64,000 nucleotides of DNA from Candidatus Multivoradales bacterium (GTDB taxonomy: Bacteria; Acidobacteriota; Thermoanaerobaculia; Multivoradales; J023), in NCBI GenBank assembly GCA_965248925.1, contig CBDFLE010000006.1:2016001-2080000 (forward strand), in the 5' to 3' direction. Position numbers and translations under genes: made by a program. This document shows positions 1 through 7,375 of this stretch, in pieces; within the stretch, counting starts at the first letter, position 1, and every line of letters starts with the position of its first letter. The notes beneath the pieces were generated by a model. The model was given only the letters and a program-made list of their open reading frames with translations, was not told the origin of the DNA and ran no database searches.

Positions 1-416
1 ATCACGTGGCCGATGGTGAAGCCAAAGCTGGCCAGGGTATTGCGTTCCCAATGCGAGCCCGGGGCCCAGTAGAAAATCACCCCACCCTGCGGTCCGTCCC
101 AGCCAGTGCCGCCGTACTGCTCAACCTGGTGCTCGGCGATCTTGTTGTTGAGCGCCCAGAAGACGAAGTCGAGCCAGCGGACGTCGCCGGGCACCAGGGT
201 GAGGTCCTGATCACTGAGCTCGGCGGTCGGATTGTAGGAGGTGCGAATGCCGGTGCAGGCATCGGCCCACTGGCTTGCGGTCCAGGCCTGAGGGCTCAGA
301 TGGTCTTTGTTTGAACGCCCCTCTCCAGCGCCCGACCCGTAGGCCCAGTAGGCAGCCAACAATCCTCCAGCAGTAGCCAAGAGGCCTAGAAACCAGAATG
401 AGCTTCGATCCTTCAT
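1..416 (-). CDS. Partial hypothetical exported/membrane-anchored protein (runs off window start)
   Basis: Hand translation from ATG at 416, with GGAGA RBS upstream: MKDRSSFWFLGLLATAGGLLAAYWAYG...WERNTLASFGFTIGHV. The frame is open to position 1 and has an N-terminal hydrophobic segment. It is absent from the ORF track because no stop lies inside the window. Confidence 0.7.
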   Translation of the reverse strand, partial: MKDRSSFWFLGLLATAGGLLAAYWAYGSGAGEGRSNKDHLSPQAWTASQWADACTGIRTSYNPTAELSDQDLTLVPGDVRWLDFVFWALNNKIAEHQVEQYGGTGWDGPQGGVIFYWAPGSHWERNTLASFGFTIGHV

Positions 417-428
417 GGTCCAATCTCC

Positions 429-477
429 GATAAAAGGGTCTTTTATCCATAATAGATCCCCCCATTGTGGACGTCAA
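429..477 (-). promoter_or_regulatory. Sigma70 promoter (TTGACG-17-TATTAT) with overlapping 8-3-8 inverted repeat, putative Rrf2 operator
   Basis: Minus strand: -35 TTGACG (477-472), 17-nt spacer, -10 TATTAT (454-449). The palindrome GATAAAAG-GGT-CTTTTATC at 429-447 covers the expected transcription start. Confidence 0.7.
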
Positions 478-551
478 GGTCTAGATTTGTTAGATTGTGA
501 TTCTGCGAACTCGCAGAACTTTTCACAGAGCGTCGAACGAGGAACCCTGCA

Positions 552-1007
552 ATGTTCTCGCAAACTGCGGAATACGCCATCAGAGCGATCGTTTGGCTGG
601 CCGACCGCACCGACCTCAAGCCGCTAGGAGTCCAGCCCATCGCCAACGGCACTCAGGTGCCGCCGAGCTATTTGCCAAAAGTGCTGCAAGGGCTCTCGCG
701 GGCCGGTTTGGTGGCCTCTCGGCGGGGTGTTGGGGGTGGCTATCATCTGACTCGCGCTCCGGAGCAGGTCACTGTTCTGGAAGTGATCAACGCGGTCGAC
801 CCGATCCGCCGGATCGAAGGCTGTCCGTTGGGGCTGGCCGATCACCGCGAGCGCCTGTGTGCGATGCACGCACGTCTCGACCACACAGTCGCCTTGGTCG
901 AAGAAGCGCTGCGCGGCTCGACCATTGCGGATCTCTTGGCGACCACGGACCGACCCCAGCCGATGAAAGAGGATCAGCACCGCCGCGTCCTACCGGTCGT
1001 GAGCTAG
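552..1007 (+). CDS. Rrf2 family transcriptional regulator
   Basis: MFSQTAEYAIRA start, YLPKVLQGLSRAGLVASRRGVGGGY wHTH signature, and C-terminal CPLG..H...LCAMH candidate metal/Fe-S ligands. Confidence 0.93.
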   Translation: MFSQTAEYAIRAIVWLADRTDLKPLGVQPIANGTQVPPSYLPKVLQGLSRAGLVASRRGVGGGYHLTRAPEQVTVLEVINAVDPIRRIEGCPLGLADHRERLCAMHARLDHTVALVEEALRGSTIADLLATTDRPQPMKEDQHRRVLPVVS

Positions 1008-1159
1008 GAACTTGTTGCGCAAAGCCGCAGGATGGCTGGCGGAGCGCCGCGGGGGCCTCGGAGCGCATCAAGCTCCTAGTCGCCGTCCAGAAACGTGTTT
1101 GGGGTTGCCAGGCTTGGGGGGACTTGCGGGCGGTATTAGTGGCTGCGGGAAAGCGTAGG

Positions 1160-1387
1160 TAGTGCCTCCTCGCCCAGCGCTGCGACGCCTCGTATGCGAT
1201 TCGTATTCCTCGGGCCGGGAGTTTGCTTACAGCTTCCTTCAGATTCCACCTCGCAGTGGGCACCCTTGCTGTTCGGCTAGAGGGTCCCGTCATCAAGGCC
1301 CTCGGGGGACTCTCACCCCCCTAGTCACTTCCCGGATCGGTTTCCCTCTTCTCGGTTACCAACACCAGGGCACCAGCCCTGGCGCAC
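1160..1387 (-). mobile_element. Group II intron (class IIC) 5' fragment, domain I only, no RT ORF
   Basis: The minus strand begins GTGCGCC at 1387, 7 nt after a terminator stem. It carries IIC-like domain I motifs: GGGTGAGAGTCCC, TAGCCGAACAGCAAGGGTG, GAGGTGGAATCTGAAGGAAGC, GAATCGCATACGAGGC. No domain V or RT was seen. The left boundary is approximate. Confidence 0.8.
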
Positions 1388-1392
1388 AAGCA

Positions 1393-1430
1393 AGAAGGGG
1401 TACGTCTCAAGCGACGTACCCCTTTCTGTT
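1393..1430. terminator. Intrinsic terminator downstream of the protease gene (possibly bidirectional)
   Basis: AAGGGGTACGTC-tcaagc-GACGTACCCCTT 12-bp stem (1395-1424) with pyrimidine tails on both strands. Confidence 0.8.
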
Positions 1431-1450
1431 TCAGCTGGAAAGTGCGCTAC

Positions 1451-4126
1451 CTAGCGGCGGCGTACCAACCAGATCCCGGCACCCATCATCGCCAGCAACA
1501 TCAACAGCATGCCGAGGTGATCGAGGGTCGGGATCTCCAGCGGGTTGCCACCCCGAACCGAAGCGGACGAGGTGTCATTGTTGCCCACCGGATCGATGCC
1601 GGCACCGCTGACCGTGACCACGTTGACGATATCGGCCGGGCCCATCGGGTCGATCATGAAGTCGACCGTACACAGCGCATTGCCACCGAGCAGCAGGGTG
1701 CCGATGTTCCAGGTCAAAATGCCGCCCGCCGGCGGTCCCGCGCCACAGTCATCTGACACGTAGATCAGACCGGCTGGGATCGGATCAGCCACGGTGACGC
1801 CGCTGGCGGTGTCGGGACCGTTGTTGATCACCGACAGATCACAGCTCGCCGTGGTGTCGGTGGCGCTACAGGTCTTGAGGATCGCCAGATCGGCGTCGCC
1901 AGCTGGCGCACAAACCTCGCAGGAACCGCTGATCGGCGGATCAGTGATCAGCTCCCAATCGGTGATCTGACCGGTGTCGGCACCAGCGTTGTCGCTCACC
2001 GTCAAGGTCCAGGTACCGGCGGTCATCTCGCCATCGAAGGCGGTCAGCGGACTGACCGGCGGTCCGGGGCCGTCGAGCCAAGGATCGCTACCAGCACAGA
2101 GGTTCTCCAGATCACCCGCTGATTCGTCGTCGAAAGTGACGTTCATGTTGTTGTCGCCACAGCCGAACATAGAAGCTGGCACACCCGGACGATCCAGCAG
2201 GGTGACGGTGGTGCCCATCGGGCTAGTCAGGGTGATAAAGATGTCGCCGACGAAGGTGTGAGTGATGTTCACCCGCACATCGAGATCGGCCAGGGTGACG
2301 TTGTCACCAACCATCAGCACGCTGGTAGCGCCAGCTGGATCGTCGTCGGGAATCGCCACCGGCGTGTCGGGCACCAACGGCGCACCGATTACCTCAGAGA
2401 AGGCGCCGGCAAACGGGCCGCCTTCGTTGGCGTTGATGGTGAGGTCGAAGTCAATATCGCTCAGGCAGAGACCGACGTCCGGATCAATCATCACCGTGAA
2501 GGGGGTGTTCGACGCCGTATCGACTCCCGAGGTCAGGTCGGCCCAAGTGGAGGAGTTCACCACCACGGTCACGCCCGCGGTCGCGGTCGACAAGGTGCCG
2601 GTGATCCCGGTGAAGGTGCCGGTGGAGCGCACTGTGACGGTGATCGCGATCTCTTCGCCTGGCTCCCAAAAGCCGTCGCCGCCAGCCAAGAAAACAACGC
2701 CGCCATCGCTGGCGCAGCTGTCGACACCGCTGTTGGAGACATAGAAGATAGCCGGCGACGGGTCTCCACCCAGGGTGGTCATCGCACCGGTGTTCCCCGG
2801 ATCGAGGTGATCACGCAAGCGACTGGTGGCGCTGCCGCCGTCCCAGGCGACCTCGAAGCGACCATAGCAATCGAATTGGTCGTTGCCGCAGGCCGCCAAA
2901 CCACCGGAGAGAAAGCCGATCAGCAAGCCGTTGTCAGGGTTCCAAAGACCCGAGCCCGACGAGCCCGGCTCGGTGGTGCCGTCGTCCCAGTCATTCACCC
3001 GCCAGTGGGTGTCGGTGCTGGTGGCGATACAGCTGTCCTGGGTGGTCAGCGGATCGTTCTCGAAGCTGATCGCTTTCTCGTCGAGGTTGGGATGGTGGAT
3101 GCCCACCGCGCCGCCGGCCGGAATATTGCCACTGCGGTCCCAGCCGGTGTAGAACACCGCCGAGGAAGGACTGGGCGCGTTGTCGAGTTCGGCCAGGGAC
3201 ATGTCGACATCCTGGCGCGAGGCCAGGAAGGTGGCGCCGGTCTGATTGTCGCTCGGATCACCACCGGAGAGGTCGCCGCAATTGGCCGACTCGTAATTCC
3301 AAAAAACCACCATCGAAGCCGCGTTGCCGGCCGACACGCCACAGTGGAAGGCGGTGAGGAAGAAGTTGCGGAAGGTGCCCGGCACGTCGGCGATCATCTG
3401 CCCGGAGCAGGTGCCGATGCCGTTCAAGCTGTACCAGCCGGCGCTGCGGATCTGGTCACGCCAGCCATCGCCCACGGGGCAAACCACGTCGTTATTGCAG
3501 GTGCCCTGTTTGGGGTTGATGTCAGGCTGCCGCTTGAAGATGTCGCGGTAGCCGCTGGCCACCTGGGTGAGTTCCAACTCAAGGGCATGCTTGGTGACGG
3601 CCGGCAGATGGACCTCGATGAAAGCGCTCCCACCGGGCACGATCGGCGTCCACAGCTCGCCGTGTGCTTTGTTGTCTTCGGCGGTGTAGGGCCCTTCGTA
3701 GTAGTCCTCGCTCTCGGCCACGATCCACAGCTTGCCACCGACGGGCATGCCAAAGGTGGTGAAGGCGAAGTTGAGATCGGTGGCTCCCGGCGAGTCGAAA
3801 CGCAGGCGCCACAGGCGGCTGCCATCGGCCAGAGTCTCCCAGACACCAGCATTCTTGGTGCTGATCGCCACCGGCGCCGCGATAGCGAAGCGCAACGGCC
3901 CGACGATGCTGGCCTTGCGGGCGGCGGCGTCTTCGGCCAAGAGCGCCTTCGAATCAACCGCCGGCAGGCTCACCACCGGAATTTCCTCAAGGGCTTTGGC
4001 AGCCAGGTTGCGGCTCACCGGCGCTTCGCCCTGGCGGGCCAGGACGCTGCCGGAGAAGCACAGCAGAACAAGCACCGCCACAGCAAGAACGGCTAAGGGC
4101 TTCGGACGTGAGACAGCTGGGATCAT
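1451..4126 (-). CDS. Secreted S1 serine protease (lysyl endopeptidase-like) with proprotein-convertase P-domain, DUF11-like domain and IPTL-CTERM anchor
   Basis: Signal peptide and long propeptide; GTCNNDVVC mature start; triad motifs LTAFHC, DMSL, TEPGSSGS; VNITHTFVGDIFITLTSP (P-domain); ADLAILKT (DUF11-like); C-terminus IPTL + TM + RRR. Confidence 0.88.
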   Translation of the reverse strand: MIPAVSRPKPLAVLAVAVLVLLCFSGSVLARQGEAPVSRNLAAKALEEIPVVSLPAVDSKALLAEDAAARKASIVGPLRFAIAAPVAISTKNAGVWETLADGSRLWRLRFDSPGATDLNFAFTTFGMPVGGKLWIVAESEDYYEGPYTAEDNKAHGELWTPIVPGGSAFIEVHLPAVTKHALELELTQVASGYRDIFKRQPDINPKQGTCNNDVVCPVGDGWRDQIRSAGWYSLNGIGTCSGQMIADVPGTFRNFFLTAFHCGVSAGNAASMVVFWNYESANCGDLSGGDPSDNQTGATFLASRQDVDMSLAELDNAPSPSSAVFYTGWDRSGNIPAGGAVGIHHPNLDEKAISFENDPLTTQDSCIATSTDTHWRVNDWDDGTTEPGSSGSGLWNPDNGLLIGFLSGGLAACGNDQFDCYGRFEVAWDGGSATSRLRDHLDPGNTGAMTTLGGDPSPAIFYVSNSGVDSCASDGGVVFLAGGDGFWEPGEEIAITVTVRSTGTFTGITGTLSTATAGVTVVVNSSTWADLTSGVDTASNTPFTVMIDPDVGLCLSDIDFDLTINANEGGPFAGAFSEVIGAPLVPDTPVAIPDDDPAGATSVLMVGDNVTLADLDVRVNITHTFVGDIFITLTSPMGTTVTLLDRPGVPASMFGCGDNNMNVTFDDESAGDLENLCAGSDPWLDGPGPPVSPLTAFDGEMTAGTWTLTVSDNAGADTGQITDWELITDPPISGSCEVCAPAGDADLAILKTCSATDTTASCDLSVINNGPDTASGVTVADPIPAGLIYVSDDCGAGPPAGGILTWNIGTLLLGGNALCTVDFMIDPMGPADIVNVVTVSGAGIDPVGNNDTSSASVRGGNPLEIPTLDHLGMLLMLLAMMGAGIWLVRRR

Positions 4127-4238
4127 GTCGACTCCTCGATCATAGATTGGGGACAGGGAGATAGGGGAAAACCTCGCAGCGTCGAAGCTGCAAAACCAGC
4201 CGGGCAGAACTCGGCGAAAAACTCGAATTTCGAAGCGA

Positions 4239-4264
4239 GGTTAACACAGTGGTTAACACAGTGG
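4239..4264. repeat. 12-bp tandem duplication GGTTAACACAGT x2
   Basis: Exact direct repeat at 4239-4250 and 4251-4262, in the spacer between the two protease genes. Confidence 0.85.
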
Positions 4265-4286
4265 AAAAGGTCCCGAAAGACCGGGC

Positions 4287-6995
4287 TCACCAGCGCCGCA
4301 ACAGCCGGGCACCATAGCCCAAGAGCGCCAGCGCTAGCAGCAGCAAGCCGAGACGGTTAAGCACCGGAATCGCCAGCGGCCCGCCACTGCGGATCACCGC
4401 CCCAGCGTCATTGTTGCCGGCCACCGGGTCGATCTCCGCAGCGCTCGCCGTGGCACGGTTGACAACAAACTCCGGCGCCCCCGGAGCCAGTACGAAGTCC
4501 AACGCGCAGGCGGCGAAACCACCGGCCGGCAAACTACCGACACTCCACACCCAATTCGAACCTGTCGGCGCTCCCACCCCGCAACTGTCGGCGACGAAAG
4601 TCAGGCCAGTCGGAATCTGGTCCGTCACTAGAACGGCGGTGGCCGGATCCGGGCCGGCATTAGAGACCTGTAATAGGCAACTGACCGCCGGATCGACGAC
4701 CGTGCATTCCTTGCTGAGGGCCAGGTCTGCTCCTCCCACCGGAGGGGGCGGATCATCGGGCAGACATATCTCGCAGCTGCCCAAGAGAGGCGGATCGGTG
4801 ATCAGCTGCCAATCCACCAACACCCCGGTATCGAGTTCAGCATTGTCGTTGACCCGCAGGCGCCACGTGCCGGCGGTATTTTCGCCAGCGAGTGCCGCCA
4901 AGGAGCCCAACGGCGCCGCGCTGCCGGCAAACCACGGGGTGGCACCACTACAGAAGTTTTCCAGCTCCATGCCTGAAGCGTCGTCGAAAGTGATGTTGAG
5001 ATTGTTGTCACCGCAGCCGAAACCGCCCGCATCGCCGACCCCTGGCCGATCGAGCAGGGCGACCACCGTTCCCGCGGGACTCACCAGCTCGATGATTAGG
5101 TCACCGACGTAGGTGTGGTCCACTTGCACCCGCAAATCAACATCGCCCAGCAATTGCGCGGTCGTCACTTGCAGCTCACTGACCGCCGGCATCGCTGGGC
5201 CGCCGGCATCCGGGATCGCCAGTGGCAAGTCGTTGGCCTCGAACAGCTGCCCGACGGCGTTCGAGAAGGAGAGATCGAAAGGACCGCCCTCAGCAGCAGT
5301 AACGGTCAAGGTGAAATCGATGGAAGTGAAACAGGAAACCGTCTCGGCGAGGCGAAGGGTGAAATGGGGGGCAGCGCTGATCCCGGTGCCACCGCTTACA
5401 AGATCGGACCAGGTGGCGCTGCCATCGACAATCTCGACCCCCGGCGTGGCCGTCGACAGGGTGCCCTGGACGCCGCTGAAAGTCCCGCTAGCAGCGAGAG
5501 TCACCGCCACCACCACCTCTTCCCCCGGCTCCCAGACGCCATCGGCGGCACTGGCATCGGAGGCACAACTGTCGCTGCCACTATGCGCGAGGTAGGTCAA
5601 GGTCGGCAGAGGATCACTACCATCAACCATGGTGGCGCCGGTGCCAGCGGGATCCAAGTGATCGCGCAAGCGGCTAGCGGCTGAAGGGCCGTCCCAGGCG
5701 ACTTCGAAGCGGCCATAGCAATCGAATTGGTCGTTGCCACAAGCCGCCAAGCCTCCCGAGAGGGTGCCGATCAATTTGCCGTTGTCCGGATTCCACAGTC
5801 CGGAACCCGAGGAACCGGGCTCGGTGGTGCCCACATCCCAGTCGTTGACCCGCCAGTGAGTATCGGCGGTCGAGCCGCCAACGATGCAGTTGGTCTGCCG
5901 GGTCAGTGGATCGAACTCAAAGCTAATCGCCTTTTCGTCGAGGCTCGGATGGTGGATCCCCACCGCGCCCGCTGAGGGGATGTCGCCGCTGCGGTCCCAG
6001 CCGGTCCAGAAAACGCCAAAAGCCGCATCGGGCGCGCTCGACAACTCAACCAATGAAAAATCAGCGTCCTGGCGCGAAGCTAGAAAAGTAGCGCCGCTCT
6101 GATTGTCGGCCGCGCTGCCACCACCGAGAGCACCACAGGTCGGCGATTCGTCATTCCACATCACCACCATGCTGGCGGCGTTAGTGGCGTTGACCCCACA
6201 GTGAAAAGCGGTCAGGAAGAGATTGCGAAACGAGCCTGGTACGTCGGCGATCATCTGCCCACTGCAAGCGCCGACACCGTTCAACGTGTACCAACCAACA
6301 CTGCGAATCTGATTGCGCCAGGGATCGCCCTCGGCGCAGACGACATCGACATTGCAAGATCCTTGGCGCACCACCGAACCACCAACCTGGCTGCGGCCGC
6401 GGTCGAGAAGATCGCGGTAGCCAGTCGCCACCTGACTCAGCTCGAGGATCGGCTCGCTTTTGACAGTCGGCGGCAGATAAAGTTCTAGATGCGCTGATCC
6501 ACCCGGCACCAGCGGGGTCCAAAGCTGACCGTGCGAGTGGTTGTCGGAAGCATCGAAAGGGCCTTCATAGTAACCGCCGTCGGCACTCACCACATGCAAA
6601 GTAGCGCCGCTGGGCAACCAGAAACGACTGAATCCGAAGTTCAGATCCGTCGCACCAGCAGAGCTGAAGCGCAGACGCCAGAGCTGGCCACCATCGGCCA
6701 ACCGCTCCCAAGTGCCCTGTTTCTCGAGAGAGATACTCAGGGGCACCGGCAGGGCGAAACGCAGTGGCCCGACTTTCAGGTCACCAGCAAGTCGCGCATC
6801 CTCGGCCAACATCTTGGCCGGCTCCACCGCCGGCAGCAGCCACTGCCGCACTTCTTCGAGAGGCCGCACCTGGGCGGCACTGCTTTTGGGCGGCGCACCG
6901 CGGCGCGCCTGGAGCGGATCAGCGAAGTGGAAGCCGAGTGTCGCGGTCACGAGGACCGCTAACCCGGCGCGGGCGCGCAAGCTCTGGGCATTCAT
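4287..6995 (-). CDS. Paralogous secreted S1 serine protease with P-domain, DUF11-like domain and IPTL-like C-terminal anchor
   Basis: Same motifs as 1451..4126 (GSCNVDVVC, LTAFHC, DFSL, TEPGSSGS, VDHTYVGDL, ADLALSK), ending IPVL-TM-RRW. Start placed at MNAQSLR (6995); the ORF extends to 7064. Confidence 0.86.
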   Translation of the reverse strand: MNAQSLRARAGLAVLVTATLGFHFADPLQARRGAPPKSSAAQVRPLEEVRQWLLPAVEPAKMLAEDARLAGDLKVGPLRFALPVPLSISLEKQGTWERLADGGQLWRLRFSSAGATDLNFGFSRFWLPSGATLHVVSADGGYYEGPFDASDNHSHGQLWTPLVPGGSAHLELYLPPTVKSEPILELSQVATGYRDLLDRGRSQVGGSVVRQGSCNVDVVCAEGDPWRNQIRSVGWYTLNGVGACSGQMIADVPGSFRNLFLTAFHCGVNATNAASMVVMWNDESPTCGALGGGSAADNQSGATFLASRQDADFSLVELSSAPDAAFGVFWTGWDRSGDIPSAGAVGIHHPSLDEKAISFEFDPLTRQTNCIVGGSTADTHWRVNDWDVGTTEPGSSGSGLWNPDNGKLIGTLSGGLAACGNDQFDCYGRFEVAWDGPSAASRLRDHLDPAGTGATMVDGSDPLPTLTYLAHSGSDSCASDASAADGVWEPGEEVVVAVTLAASGTFSGVQGTLSTATPGVEIVDGSATWSDLVSGGTGISAAPHFTLRLAETVSCFTSIDFTLTVTAAEGGPFDLSFSNAVGQLFEANDLPLAIPDAGGPAMPAVSELQVTTAQLLGDVDLRVQVDHTYVGDLIIELVSPAGTVVALLDRPGVGDAGGFGCGDNNLNITFDDASGMELENFCSGATPWFAGSAAPLGSLAALAGENTAGTWRLRVNDNAELDTGVLVDWQLITDPPLLGSCEICLPDDPPPPVGGADLALSKECTVVDPAVSCLLQVSNAGPDPATAVLVTDQIPTGLTFVADSCGVGAPTGSNWVWSVGSLPAGGFAACALDFVLAPGAPEFVVNRATASAAEIDPVAGNNDAGAVIRSGGPLAIPVLNRLGLLLLALALLGYGARLLRRW

Positions 6996-7375
6996 GGAAG
7001 GAAGTCTATGCGCACCTAACATGGAGAGCAAGACGAAAGACCTTGCTAATTCGCTAATTTGCAAAGCTCGACAAAGACAGGCATCTATATGCTATAATAA
7101 CATTCAAGCGGTGACCCCGAAGCCTTTCCACCGCCAAGATGCAGCGCAACGTCCTCAACCAGAAACTGCTGCTCACGATCACGAACGAGCTTCACAACAC
7201 CCCCTCATATCCCACCCCACAGCCGCTAAATCCAACAGCTGCCCGTGGCCCCGGTCGCGGGCAGCTGTTGCCCCCCGTGCTACGATTCGGCGATCGTTCC
7301 AGCGCGGTTCGCCAGGTCGTCAACAACCTCGACTCAAGGCGACCACGGCATCCCAAACCGGGCACCCAAGGATCC

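Noticed and set aside
787-1296. 169-aa minus-strand ORF as intron-encoded protein
   Set aside because: No RT motifs (YADD); it lies across intron domain I RNA and is antisense to the Rrf2 gene.
2258-4096. 612-aa plus-strand ORF, and many similar antisense ORFs across the window (e.g. 18223..19458, 25417..26496, 47446..48417)
   Set aside because: Shadow frames opposite well-supported genes, as expected in high-GC DNA; no recognisable motifs.
7139-7375. 79-aa N-terminal extension of the XDH large subunit
   Set aside because: Low-complexity and unlike XDH N-termini; it overlaps a strong hairpin and a promoter-like element, so the ATG at 7376 is more plausible.
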